NCBI GenBank assembly: GCA_041663165.1
Contig: JBAZRF010000001.1
Coordinates: 736-64,735, forward strand
From: Minisyncoccota bacterium
Lineage (GTDB): Bacteria; Patescibacteriota; Minisyncoccia; Phycocordibacterales; XYD1-FULL-46-19
Reading direction: 5' to 3'
Length of the DNA: 64,000 bases
The first letter of the stretch is position 1. Each line of letters starts with the position of its first letter. The position numbers and the translations under genes are program-made. The notes below the pieces were generated by a model. The model worked only from the letters and a program-made list of their open reading frames with translations, searched no databases and was not told the origin of the DNA. Positions 17,658-27,668 of this stretch are shown here, one piece after another.

Positions 17658-19326
17658 GCGAAAAAACAAAAGACGTTACACCAACTTGTCTCCCGATGAG
17701 ATTTTTGTCGATGCGAGTAATTTGCCATCTCATAACGAGCAGCAATTTGAGGGCCGAATTGAGAAACCGATAAATCGGCGGACTTTTTTGGGGGTGACGA
17801 TTTTTTGTTTGGCTCTTATCGCTGTTTTTGGTCTAAGAATTTTTTATCTCCAGGTGATCAATGGTTCGGCCTATGCCGAAAGAAGTCTTAATAATAGTTT
17901 AAATTTTACACCGATTTTTGCCGAGCGGGGAAATATTTATGATCGAAATGGTCAAGAACTAGCCTGGACCGACAAGTCTCGGGCCTATCTGGCCGAAGAG
18001 GGTTTGGGGCATCTTCTTGGTTACGTTAGCTATCCAAATACCAAGGAAATGGCGACAGCCAAATATGATCCCAAGGAATATTTAGGTCGGGCCGGGGTCG
18101 AAAAAGTTAAAAATGACAATTTACTTGGCGAGCGCGGGGTGCGGATTGTTGAAGTGGATGCCAAGGGAGAGCCTTTATCCGATCATACCGTGAAAAAATC
18201 TCTTCCTGGTAAAGAACTGAAACTATCAATCGATCATCGGGTTCAGGCCAAATTTTACGAAGCGATCAAACAACTAGCTTCTGATCGTGGTTTTTCTGGC
18301 GGTAGCGGGATAATTATGGATGTTCAAACGGGAGAAATTTTGGCCATGGTTAGCTACCCCGACTATGATCCCAATATTATTTCGAACGGCAAGGATGCAA
18401 AAACCATCAGTCAATATTTCTCTGATAAAAGTAATATTATGCTTAATCGAGCCGTGGGTGGACTCTATACGCCAGGGTCGATCTTTAAACCCTTTGTTGC
18501 CCTAGGGGCTTTGACCGAAAAGACTGTTGATCCGCAGAAAAATTTTGTTACTAATGGAGAGTTGGCAGTTCCTAATCCTTACGATAAAACCCAAAAAACG
18601 GTTTTTAAAGATTGGAAAAATAATGGTACTGTCGACATGCGTCGCGCCATCGCCATGTCGTCAAATGTTTATTTCTATATTATTGGTGGTGGTTTTGGCG
18701 GACAAAAGGGTTTAGGTATCGACAATATCGGTAAATACGCAAAACTTTTTGGCTTGAGTTTAAAAACCGGGATAGATTTGACGGGCGAAGAAGAGGGTGT
18801 TATTCCCAGTCCTGCCTGGAAGGCAGAAAACTTTAAGGGTGAACCCTGGCGGCTTGGCGATACCTATCATACCGCTATCGGTCAGTACGGTGTTTTGGTT
18901 ACGCCAATTCAAATGGCCAGAGCTTATGCGGCGATTGCCAATAACGGAAAATTAATTCAACCAACAGTGATGGCTATTAAACCAGAGCAGGCGATTATTC
19001 AAGCTTCAATTCCGATTAGTGCCGAAAACTTCAAAGTTATTCATGAGGGAATGAGGCGGGTGGTTCTTGAAGGTACAGCCCAAGGTCTTAATCTGCCCAA
19101 CGTAGAAATTGCCGCTAAAACTGGTACCGCCGAACTGGGGATAACCAAAGACAAGGTTAATTCTTGGTCTGTTGGCTTTTGGCCCTACCAATCGCCTCGC
19201 TATGCCTTTGTGGTGGCGATGGAGAAAGGTTCTCGCAGCAATTTGGTTGGAGGCGTTTTTGCGATGCGTCAATTATTTGACTGGATGACCATTTATACCC
19301 CAGAATATCTTAAACCAAAAATTTGA
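17644..19326 (+). CDS. mrdA: Penicillin-binding protein 2
   Basis: RGNIYDRNG, PGSIFK (SxxK), SSN and KTGT motifs, mre operon context. Confidence 0.93.
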   Translation: MFLIRRKNKRRYTNLSPDEIFVDASNLPSHNEQQFEGRIEKPINRRTFLGVTIFCLALIAVFGLRIFYLQVINGSAYAERSLNNSLNFTPIFAERGNIYDRNGQELAWTDKSRAYLAEEGLGHLLGYVSYPNTKEMATAKYDPKEYLGRAGVEKVKNDNLLGERGVRIVEVDAKGEPLSDHTVKKSLPGKELKLSIDHRVQAKFYEAIKQLASDRGFSGGSGIIMDVQTGEILAMVSYPDYDPNIISNGKDAKTISQYFSDKSNIMLNRAVGGLYTPGSIFKPFVALGALTEKTVDPQKNFVTNGELAVPNPYDKTQKTVFKDWKNNGTVDMRRAIAMSSNVYFYIIGGGFGGQKGLGIDNIGKYAKLFGLSLKTGIDLTGEEEGVIPSPAWKAENFKGEPWRLGDTYHTAIGQYGVLVTPIQMARAYAAIANNGKLIQPTVMAIKPEQAIIQASIPISAENFKVIHEGMRRVVLEGTAQGLNLPNVEIAAKTGTAELGITKDKVNSWSVGFWPYQSPRYAFVVAMEKGSRSNLVGGVFAMRQLFDWMTIYTPEYLKPKI

Positions 19327-19360
19327 TTGTCTAAACCAAATCTGCTATAATCTTTCCGAC

Positions 19361-19825
19361 ATGGTGGCCGCCAATCACTATCTTAGCCAAGAAAAATATG
19401 AAGAGCTCAAGCAGGAGCTCTCTTATCTTAAGACTGAAGAACGCAAGAAAATTGCGGAGAACTTGGAGTATGCCAAATCGCTTGGCGATCTATCAGAAAA
19501 TGCTGAATACCATGAGGCCAGAGACAAACAGGCTGATGTCGAAGATCGTATTGTCGAGCTTGAAGAAATTTTGAAAAGCGCCGAAATTATCTCGGCACAT
19601 CATGCTAATATTGTTGAGGTGGGAACAACTGTTTCGACCAAGCGCGACGACGGGCGAAAGGAAGAATTCCAAATTGTCGGCCCCGAAGAAGCCGATTTGC
19701 CAGCGGGCCGAATCTCGCACGAGTCGCCACTGGGCTCATCTTTACTTGGACACAAAAAGGGCGAAACCGTAAAGGTAACAACCCCCAAAGGGGAGATCTC
19801 TTACAAGGTTGTTGAGATTAAATAA
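19361..19825 (+). CDS. greA: Transcription elongation factor GreA
   Basis: GDLSENAEY and ISHESPLG motifs. Promoter TTGATT-17-TATAAT ends 9 nt upstream. Confidence 0.97.
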   Translation: MVAANHYLSQEKYEELKQELSYLKTEERKKIAENLEYAKSLGDLSENAEYHEARDKQADVEDRIVELEEILKSAEIISAHHANIVEVGTTVSTKRDDGRKEEFQIVGPEEADLPAGRISHESPLGSSLLGHKKGETVKVTTPKGEISYKVVEIK

Positions 19826-21289
19826 ATGGCCTCGCTTGAAGAATTAAGAAAAGAACGAATCAAGAAGCTAGAAATTTTAAGGTCTGCTGGTTATAACCCT
19901 TATCCGGCACAAACTGAAATCAATACCGGCCTCGAGAAGGCCTTTCTAAACTTTGATAGCCTGGCTGAAAAAGGGAGAGAAATTACTTTAGGCGGCCGGA
20001 TCATGGCTTTACGTCGGCAGGGTGGCCTGATTTTTATCGATTTAGTCGAAGGTGTCCATCGCTTGCAAGGTTTATTAAAAGAAGATGAGCTTGGCCAGCA
20101 ATTTGATTTATTTGTTGAGACAATCGATATTGGCGATTTTGTGCAATTGACCGGTAAATTAATGACGACCAAACGTGGCGAAAAAACGATTCAAGCTATT
20201 GGCTGGAAGATTTTAGCCAAGAGTTTGCGCCCCTTGCCCGACCAGTGGTCTGGTTTACAAGACACCGAGGAGCGTTTACGTAAACGCTATCTCGATATTC
20301 TCTTAAACGACGAAGTTCGGGCGATGGTAATTAAACGGGGAGAATTTTGGCAGGCGGTGCGGAATTTTCTTTTGAGCAAAGATTTCATTGAAGTGGAGAC
20401 GCCGGTTTTAGAAAACACGACGGGTGGCGCTGATGCTAAACCTTTCGCTACTCACCACAATGCCCTTGATCTTGATGTTTATTTGCGGATTTCAACTGGT
20501 GAACTTTGGCAGAAAAAATTGATGGTCGCTGGCCTCGATCGGACTTTTGAAATTGGTCGGCAATTTCGCAATGAGGGAATGGATGCCGAACACCTTCAAG
20601 ATTATACTCAGATGGAGTTTTATATGGCCTATGCTGATTATGAAAAAGGGATGGAGCTAGTGGAAGACCTATTTAAGCATGTGGCTAAAAAAGTTTTTGG
20701 CACCCTGCAATTTACCATTGGCGAATTTGAAATTGATTTGGACCAAAAATGGGAACGCTATGATTTTTGCGAAACAGTTAAGAAGATGACGGGAATAAAT
20801 ATTTTAACAGCCGATTTGGCCGAAATTGAAAAAAAACTCAAAGAGTTAGAGATAGATTATGATAAAAAGGGTTTCAACATTACTCGCGGGATTGATAATT
20901 TGTGGAAATATTGCCGTAAACAAATCGCTGGGCCTGGCTTCCTAGTTGGCACACCAATCGATATTTCGCCCCTGGCTAAACGCGACGAAAAAAACTCGCG
21001 TCTCGCTCAACGTTTTCAGCCAATTATTGCTGGTTCCGAATTGGGCAATGGTTATAGTGAGCTCAATGACCCACAAGATCAACTGGCTCGTTTTAACGAG
21101 CAAATGAAATTGCGCGAGGCAGGGGATGAAGAGGCCCAGATGAAAGATGAAGAATTCGTCGAAGCGCTCGAATATGGCATGCCCCCGACCTGTGGTTTTG
21201 GCATGAGCGAACGTGTGTTTGCCTTCCTTAGTAATAAGTCGATGAGAGAGGCGCAGATATTTCCTCTTATGCGCCCGAAAGATAAATAA
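19826..21289 (+). CDS. lysS: Lysyl-tRNA synthetase (class II)
   Basis: GGADAKPF, FRNEG, YSELNDP and YGMPPT motifs. Confidence 0.97.
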   Translation: MASLEELRKERIKKLEILRSAGYNPYPAQTEINTGLEKAFLNFDSLAEKGREITLGGRIMALRRQGGLIFIDLVEGVHRLQGLLKEDELGQQFDLFVETIDIGDFVQLTGKLMTTKRGEKTIQAIGWKILAKSLRPLPDQWSGLQDTEERLRKRYLDILLNDEVRAMVIKRGEFWQAVRNFLLSKDFIEVETPVLENTTGGADAKPFATHHNALDLDVYLRISTGELWQKKLMVAGLDRTFEIGRQFRNEGMDAEHLQDYTQMEFYMAYADYEKGMELVEDLFKHVAKKVFGTLQFTIGEFEIDLDQKWERYDFCETVKKMTGINILTADLAEIEKKLKELEIDYDKKGFNITRGIDNLWKYCRKQIAGPGFLVGTPIDISPLAKRDEKNSRLAQRFQPIIAGSELGNGYSELNDPQDQLARFNEQMKLREAGDEEAQMKDEEFVEALEYGMPPTCGFGMSERVFAFLSNKSMREAQIFPLMRPKDK

Positions 21290-21309
21290 TTTTTGTTTAG
21301 TTAAAAATT

Positions 21310-21645
21310 ATGACAGAAGACGCACCAAAACCAACTCCTAAAAAAGAGACCATTCTCGGTCCGGCCGAAAAAATTGAGCGGGCGAGTCATCATACCGATT
21401 TTACGGAGCTTTTTAAAGTTCTTGACGAAATTGGCCCGATTGAGGGCTCTTTGGGCACATATCCACCAGAAGTATTAAAGGATGCTATCCGAAAACTTTT
21501 TACTGGCGAGAGCACTATCACTCAGATTCCTGGTACTTATAAACTGAGAAGCGCTATTGCCCGGTTATCTCAAAGTCGAGCAGAAAAGATTATCGCAAGC
21601 ATAAAGTTTAGCGATCGCGCTCTCTCTGGCGAGCAAAATTGGTAA
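21310..21645 (+). CDS. Hypothetical protein
   Basis: 111-aa ORF filling the intergenic gap, host-like codon usage. Confidence 0.65.
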   Translation: MTEDAPKPTPKKETILGPAEKIERASHHTDFTELFKVLDEIGPIEGSLGTYPPEVLKDAIRKLFTGESTITQIPGTYKLRSAIARLSQSRAEKIIASIKFSDRALSGEQNW

Positions 21646-21686
21646 GCTAGAAAAGCTCTCAAATTTCTGCTAGGCTGTGTCTAGTT

Positions 21687-22751
21687 ATGAAAAAAACACT
21701 GCTAGTTTTAGTTGTTATCTTTTTGCCGTTGGTGTCGCAAGCCAAGGCGCTGGAATTTTCGGCCTGGGTGCCGTATTGGAAGAAGGCGGCGGCGGTGTCC
21801 GAGACGCAAACCAATCTGGCCAAACTGGCCACGATTATGCCATTTTCGTACGAAGTTAAAACTGACGGTACAGTTTGGGACCCAATGAAAATAACTAAGG
21901 ACCCCTGGCCGGCGTTACTAGCTTCGGCTCGGGCCAAGAATGTCAAAATTATTCCCTCGATTTTATGGACTAATGGCACGGCCATCCAAAAGGTTTTATC
22001 TACTCAAAAATCACGCCTAGCCCATGTCAAGCAAATTAGTGATATCGTCAAAAATAATAATTGGTCGGGGATCGACATTGATTATGAGAGCAAGACGGTT
22101 GGCAGCTTCAACACTTTTGCCGCTTTTATTCGTGATTTGTCGATCTCTCTGCATAAGGATAAAAAATTATTATCTTGTACCATCGAGCCGCGCCTGCCGC
22201 CGACCTCGCGTTTTGCCAAGGTGCCCGAGGAGATTCAATATGCCAATGATTACGTTAAACTTAACCAATATTGCGACGAAGTGCGCATTATGGCCTACGA
22301 TCAAATGACGGCCGACATTCTGCTTAATAAGCGTAAAAAGTCGCTAGGTTATTACGCGCCGGTGGCGGACATCGATTTTGTCAAAAAGGTGGTCGCTTAT
22401 GCCAGCCATCAAATCAAACCGTCAAAAATTGTAATTGGTGTGGCTAGTTACGGTTATGCTTATCAAATTATTGATAAGGGTACTTACTATGATTACAAAA
22501 AACTAAGTGCTTTATCCTACAAAACTTTTTACGATTTGGCCAAAAGTACGGGCTCAACTCCTACGCGCAATACGGCTGGCGAATTATCCTTTGTCTATCA
22601 TAAGGAGGGGCAGACTCGTTTTGCTACTCTGTCTGATTCGGTGGCGATTGCCTCAAAAATTAAGCTAGCCAAAAATCTTGGTCTCAAAGGCGTCGCCTTG
22701 TTTAAGGTAGATGGCGAGGGTGATCCCAATCTCTGGAAGGTAATAAAATAG
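21687..22751 (+). CDS. Secreted glycoside hydrolase family 18 protein
   Basis: Signal peptide, GIDIDYE catalytic motif, IMAYD and LKGVALF. Confidence 0.88.
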   Translation: MKKTLLVLVVIFLPLVSQAKALEFSAWVPYWKKAAAVSETQTNLAKLATIMPFSYEVKTDGTVWDPMKITKDPWPALLASARAKNVKIIPSILWTNGTAIQKVLSTQKSRLAHVKQISDIVKNNNWSGIDIDYESKTVGSFNTFAAFIRDLSISLHKDKKLLSCTIEPRLPPTSRFAKVPEEIQYANDYVKLNQYCDEVRIMAYDQMTADILLNKRKKSLGYYAPVADIDFVKKVVAYASHQIKPSKIVIGVASYGYAYQIIDKGTYYDYKKLSALSYKTFYDLAKSTGSTPTRNTAGELSFVYHKEGQTRFATLSDSVAIASKIKLAKNLGLKGVALFKVDGEGDPNLWKVIK

Positions 22752-22846
22752 AAAAATAAAAAAACTTGCCACGTGATCCCGCCCAAGGGTGGGGTTTTAC
22801 GTGGTTATGGTCATACGACCATTGCTCGGCTCGCTACGCTCGCCGG

Positions 22847-22855
22847 TTATCCACA
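22847..22855 (+). promoter_or_regulatory. Perfect DnaA box upstream of the dcw operon
   Basis: TTATCCACA. Confidence 0.55.
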
Positions 22856-22872
22856 GGTTTATGCACTTTTGG

Positions 22873-22918
22873 GTGGGAAATTGGTGTTGTGAAGTGGGGA
22901 ATGGTGGGGTAGAATGGG
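22873..22918 (+). promoter_or_regulatory. MraZ-binding repeats
   Basis: GTGGG-type pentamers at 22873, 22884, 22894, 22904 and 22914 (~10-bp period) directly upstream of mraZ. Confidence 0.85.
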
Positions 22919-22923
22919 AAGTA

Positions 22924-23358
22924 ATGTTGATCGGCGAATTTAGGCATATCATTGACGATAAAAAACGCATCTCCATGCCTGCCTCTTTTCGTCGCGAAGT
23001 GGGCAAAAAAATGGTTATCACCAAGGGCCTCGATAGTTGCTTGTTCGCCTATACGATTGATGGGTGGAAAAAGGTTAGCGCTGAACTCGATAAATTACCG
23101 ATGACCCAAGGGGCAGCGCGCAGTTTTTCGCGCTTTATTTTAGGTAGCGCTTTTGAAGTGGAGATTGATGCGATGGGGCGCGTTTTGATTCCCGATCACT
23201 TAAAAGATTTTGCCGATTTGAAGAGTCGGGTTGTGGTGGTTGGTTTAAATGATCGAATCGAAATTTGGGATGAAAGAAAGTGGAAGGAGAATATTGATAA
23301 AGTGGAGAAGCAGGCCGACGTGCTGGCCGAGCGCTTAAGCGAGGTGGGGATGTTTTAG
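22924..23358 (+). CDS. mraZ: Division/cell wall transcriptional repressor MraZ
   Basis: MLIGEF..IDDKKRISMP, DAMGRVLIP and EIWD motifs. Start corrected to 22924. Confidence 0.96.
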   Translation: MLIGEFRHIIDDKKRISMPASFRREVGKKMVITKGLDSCLFAYTIDGWKKVSAELDKLPMTQGAARSFSRFILGSAFEVEIDAMGRVLIPDHLKDFADLKSRVVVVGLNDRIEIWDERKWKENIDKVEKQADVLAERLSEVGMF

Positions 23359-23360
23359 CT

Positions 23361-24263
23361 ATGCACGTACCGGTTCTTTTACAACCAACAATTGAGCTAC
23401 TGGATTTGAAGGAAGGTGAAACGGTAGTGGACACCACACTGGGTCTCGGCGGGCACGCCAGGGAAATGGCCAAGCGAATTGGCAAAGACGGGTTCCTCAT
23501 CGGTTTCGACGCTGACCAGGGACTCATGGCCCAAGCCAAAGAGAATCTCAAGGATGTAGATTGTCGAAAACTTTTTATAAATACCAATTTTCGGAACATC
23601 GGGTCGGTCTTAGACAAGGAGGGGATCGAACAAGTCGACAAAGTCTTGTTTGATCTAGGCTTGAATTCGGAACAATTCGACGAGTCGGGGAGGGGATTCA
23701 CTTTTCAGAAAGATGAGCCATTGCTAATGACTCTGGCTAATGATATCGGCGAAGAAACGTTAACTGCCCAAGAGATAGTGAACACTTGGGATGAAGAGCA
23801 CATTGCTGACATTATCTACGGTTACGGCGAAGAACGAATGTCACGACGGATTGCTCGGGCGATTGTTCTGGCTAGGGTTGATAAACCAATCCTTACCACC
23901 TTTGATTTAGTTGAGGTCATTAGACAGGCTGTTCCCGTTTTTTATACCAAAAAGAAAATTCATTTTGCCACCAAAACTTTTCAGGCATTACGAATTACCG
24001 TTAATGATGAGCTTGGCGCCTTGTCGGATGGGTTAGCTGGCGCTTGGGAGAAATTAAGCCATGGGGGGAGAGTTGCTGCCCTCTCCTTCCATAGCTTGGA
24101 GTCTCGAATGATCAAGAATTTTTTTAAAACTAAAATGGCGGAGGGTACGGGTAAATTAATTAACAAAAAAGCCATCAGTCCAGAAAGAGAGGAGGAGCTG
24201 GTCAATCCACGTTCGCGCAGTGCTCAATTGCGGGTAATTCAAAAGATAGAAAAACAATTTTAA
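23361..24263 (+). CDS. rsmH: 16S rRNA m4C1402 methyltransferase
   Basis: HVPVLL, DTTLGLGGH, FQALRI, SFHSLE and NPRSRSA motifs. Confidence 0.97.
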   Translation: MHVPVLLQPTIELLDLKEGETVVDTTLGLGGHAREMAKRIGKDGFLIGFDADQGLMAQAKENLKDVDCRKLFINTNFRNIGSVLDKEGIEQVDKVLFDLGLNSEQFDESGRGFTFQKDEPLLMTLANDIGEETLTAQEIVNTWDEEHIADIIYGYGEERMSRRIARAIVLARVDKPILTTFDLVEVIRQAVPVFYTKKKIHFATKTFQALRITVNDELGALSDGLAGAWEKLSHGGRVAALSFHSLESRMIKNFFKTKMAEGTGKLINKKAISPEREEELVNPRSRSAQLRVIQKIEKQF

Positions 24264-24267
24264 AAAC

Positions 24268-24555
24268 ATGATTTTGGGAAAAAGATTAAAACTGATAATG
24301 GCCGTGGCCATCCTTGTCCTCGCCGGGACATACGTCTACTTGGTGAAAAGTTCGGTTTTTGCCGTGGCTGAAAGGCGAGACAACGAAGAAAAAATTTCCC
24401 AACTTGAGGCCGATGTCTCAACCTTAGAGGCTGACTACATGGCGAGGTCTAATAATGTTACACTAGAATTAGCCAGGTCACTTGGTTTTCTTGATGCGAC
24501 CGGCAAAGCGAGTTTCGCAATCAAAGATCGTCCGGTTGGCCTAGCCCGTAATTAA
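24268..24555 (+). CDS. ftsL: FtsL-like cell division protein
   Basis: Single TM plus coiled coil between rsmH and ftsI. Confidence 0.65.
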   Translation: MILGKRLKLIMAVAILVLAGTYVYLVKSSVFAVAERRDNEEKISQLEADVSTLEADYMARSNNVTLELARSLGFLDATGKASFAIKDRPVGLARN

Positions 24556-24557
24556 GA

Positions 24558-26273
24558 ATGAAGTTTAGCGCTTCAAGAATTAGAGTCCTGTGTCTGGTTA
24601 TTTTTGCGGTGGCTTTTTTATTTGTCGCCCGTCTTTTTTTTGTTCAGGTAGTGAGAGCTGATTATTATGCTGATCTGGCCGATCGCCAATATCTTCGGCC
24701 CAGCGTCGGGGTTTTTGATCGAGGAAGCATCATCGCTCTCAAACGCGATGGCACCGTTTTTTCTTTGGCCGGGTTAAAAACGGCTTATATTATTGCTCTC
24801 AATCCCAAACAATTAGCCGAGGGCAAAGCTAATTTGGCAGAAATTTATCAGAAATTAAACCAAATTTTGCCAATTGATAGCAACAATTTTATGAAAAGCG
24901 CTACCAAGGCCAATGATCCTTATGAAGAGATTGCCACTAAAGTTGACCAGGTAACGGCTGATAAAATTAAAAAACTAGACATTAAGGGCTTAAACTTATA
25001 CAAGCAAAAATTACGTTCCTATCCTTTGGGGGTAACCGCTTCCCATGCCGTTGGCCTTTTGGGTTATGAGGGCGATACGCTGGCGGGGCGTTATGGTTTA
25101 GAGCGATCTTATGATCAAATTTTGTCTCGTCAGGGAGAAACAACCTTTGCTAATTTTTTTGTTGAACTTTTCTCGGGTCTAGGTAAGTCTCTAACAAAAG
25201 ACGAAGATAAAAGTCAGGGCGATATTACCACAACGATCGAGCCGATCGTTCAAAAATTACTAGAGAAAGAACTCGCTCAAACTAAAGAGACTTGGCAAGC
25301 TGATGGCATGGGCGGCATAATTATTGATCCTAAAACCGGTGAAATCTTGGCGATATCAGCCTTGCCCAATTTTGATCCGGGCCAAAAGCAAACAGATCTT
25401 GGCGTCCTGTCCAACCCAATGGTTGAGAAAGTTTATGAGATGGGATCAATTGTTAAACCCTTAACCCTGGCGGCGGGCCTGGATTCTGGCGTTATCACGG
25501 AAAAAACAACTTACGATGACAAGGGTTGTATTACTTTGAACAAAAAAGAATTTTGTAATTACGATGGCAAGGCCCGCGGAGTGATTCCCATGCAAGAGAT
25601 TCTCAATCAATCGCTTAACTTGGGGGCAACTTTTGTCGAACAACAATTAGGACCCGAACGTTTTCGCAATTATTTTACCGCCTTTGGTTTAGGAACTAAA
25701 ACGGGAATAGATTTACCGAGCGAGGGAGTTGGTTTAGTAAAAAATTTAAATAGCCGAGAACCTGTCGATTTGGCCAATATTTCTTTTGGACAGGGTATCG
25801 CTGTTACCCCTATTGAGATCACTCGGGCCCTTTGCGTTCTTGCTAATGGCGGTTACCTAATTCAGCCCCATTTGGTTAAACGCATTGATTATCAAAATAA
25901 ATTATCTCGTACCATTGAGCCCAAAATCGGGCCATCGGTCATTAAAAAAGAAACCAGTGAACGTATTACTCGAATGCTCGTTACCGTTGTTGATCAAAAA
26001 TTGGCGGGCGGTAAAGCTAAAATGGAAAATTATTCGATTGCTGCTAAAACTGGTACAGCCCAAATTGCCAATCCGGCAACTGGTAAATATTACCCAGACC
26101 GCTATCTTCACTCTTTCTTCGGCTATTTCCCTGCCTATGAGCCGCGCTTTCTTGTTTTTATGTTTATGGTGTATCCTAAAGGGGTGAAGTATTCGTCAGA
26201 AACTCTGACCGAACCGTTTATCGATATTTCGCGATCCCTATTAAATTATTATCAAGTCCCGCCAGATCGATGA
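24558..26273 (+). CDS. ftsI: Septal transpeptidase PBP3
   Basis: EMGSIVK, SLN and KTGTAQ motifs, dcw context. Confidence 0.93.
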   Translation: MKFSASRIRVLCLVIFAVAFLFVARLFFVQVVRADYYADLADRQYLRPSVGVFDRGSIIALKRDGTVFSLAGLKTAYIIALNPKQLAEGKANLAEIYQKLNQILPIDSNNFMKSATKANDPYEEIATKVDQVTADKIKKLDIKGLNLYKQKLRSYPLGVTASHAVGLLGYEGDTLAGRYGLERSYDQILSRQGETTFANFFVELFSGLGKSLTKDEDKSQGDITTTIEPIVQKLLEKELAQTKETWQADGMGGIIIDPKTGEILAISALPNFDPGQKQTDLGVLSNPMVEKVYEMGSIVKPLTLAAGLDSGVITEKTTYDDKGCITLNKKEFCNYDGKARGVIPMQEILNQSLNLGATFVEQQLGPERFRNYFTAFGLGTKTGIDLPSEGVGLVKNLNSREPVDLANISFGQGIAVTPIEITRALCVLANGGYLIQPHLVKRIDYQNKLSRTIEPKIGPSVIKKETSERITRMLVTVVDQKLAGGKAKMENYSIAAKTGTAQIANPATGKYYPDRYLHSFFGYFPAYEPRFLVFMFMVYPKGVKYSSETLTEPFIDISRSLLNYYQVPPDR

Positions 26274-27577
26274 TAAAGAGACTTTTTAAATCAATAATTG
26301 CTAAAATTCTTCAGCTGGAAGCTCGTTTGGTGTTGAAGAAATATCACCCCAAAATTATTGGGGTAACGGGGAGTGTGGGCAAAACTTCGACCAAGGATGC
26401 TGTCGCTTCGGTTTTGGGTAAAAGCTTATCGGTGCGTTCAAGCGAGAAAAGTTACAATTCGAGCGACTTCGGCGTGGCCTTAACTGTGCTTGGTTGCCAT
26501 TCGGCTTGGAACGATTTGTTCGGCTGGCTCGAAATTATGATCTATGGCTTGGTTTTAATTATCATCCGCAAACCTTATCCGGAGTGGCTTATCCTTGAGG
26601 TCGGTTTGGAGTATCCCGGTGAAATCAAGCGGGTCCTTAAATGGGTTAAATTTGATTTAGCGGTAATCACCCTCTTACCCGAAGTGCCCGTTCACGTCGA
26701 ATTTTTTAAATCTAAAAATGAGGTTATCGATGAAAAAATGCTCATTGCTAAAGCTGTTCCCGCTTCTGGTCACATTTTTCTCAATGCCGACGACTCCAAC
26801 TCTCTTAAATTTATGTCAGAATTAACTGGTGAGGTAAATACCATCGGCTTTTCTCCTCAGGCCGATTATCGTGCAACTAGTCCATCAATTGCCTATGACA
26901 ATGAGGATGAACACTTGGTGCCGGCTGGTTTGAATTTTAATCTTGATCATAACGAAAAGAGTTTAATGGTAAAAATCAACGGGGTTGTCGGCGAGCATCA
27001 AATTTACCCCGTCTTAACAGCGCTGGCGGTTGGCGATAAATTGGGACTGAAGATGATTGAGATGATCGAATCTCTCGGCGAGTATAAACCGCCCGCCGGT
27101 CGGTTGCGTTTAATCGAGGGGATTAAAAGGACGATAATTCTTGATGACACCTATAATGCTTCACCGGCCGCTGTTGCCGCTGGGCTCAAAACACTTGATG
27201 ATTTTGAAGCAATTGGTCAAAAAATTGTCGTTTTGGGAGACATGCTTCAATTGGGTAAGCATACTGTCGAAGCCCATAAGGAAATTGGTTATCAAGCTTC
27301 CCAAATTTGTGATTTGGTGATAACGGTGGGTTTACGTTCTAAATTTATTGATGAAGGCCTGCGCGAGAAAAAATATCCCGATAAGAGGATAAAGCATTTT
27401 GACGATTCGCTCGAAGCCGGGGAGTATCTACAAAAAATTATAAAAAAGGGTGATGTGATTTTTGTTAAAGGTTCGCAGGGGATGCGGATGGAAAAAGTGG
27501 TTGAAGAAATCATGGCTCATCCCGAAGGCAAAGCTAAGTTATTGGTTCGGCAAGATAAGGAGTGGCTGAGTAAGTAA
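26270..27577 (+). CDS. murF: UDP-MurNAc-tripeptide--D-Ala-D-Ala ligase
   Basis: GVTGSVGKTSTK, DDTYNASP, LGDMLQLG and VKGS motifs. Confidence 0.93.
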   Translation: MIKRLFKSIIAKILQLEARLVLKKYHPKIIGVTGSVGKTSTKDAVASVLGKSLSVRSSEKSYNSSDFGVALTVLGCHSAWNDLFGWLEIMIYGLVLIIIRKPYPEWLILEVGLEYPGEIKRVLKWVKFDLAVITLLPEVPVHVEFFKSKNEVIDEKMLIAKAVPASGHIFLNADDSNSLKFMSELTGEVNTIGFSPQADYRATSPSIAYDNEDEHLVPAGLNFNLDHNEKSLMVKINGVVGEHQIYPVLTALAVGDKLGLKMIEMIESLGEYKPPAGRLRLIEGIKRTIILDDTYNASPAAVAAGLKTLDDFEAIGQKIVVLGDMLQLGKHTVEAHKEIGYQASQICDLVITVGLRSKFIDEGLREKKYPDKRIKHFDDSLEAGEYLQKIIKKGDVIFVKGSQGMRMEKVVEEIMAHPEGKAKLLVRQDKEWLSK

Positions 27578-27668
27578 TAAATAAAAAAGTTATAAAAATA
27601 AAACTGGCCCAAACCACTTTCGTGATCTGGGCCTGCCAACGAGATTGTTCTTGTTGGACTTGCGTTCG

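Noticed and set aside
22789-22923. N-terminal extension of MraZ in the ORF track
   Set aside because: Region is the promoter with MraZ repeats, and the true start is ATG 22924
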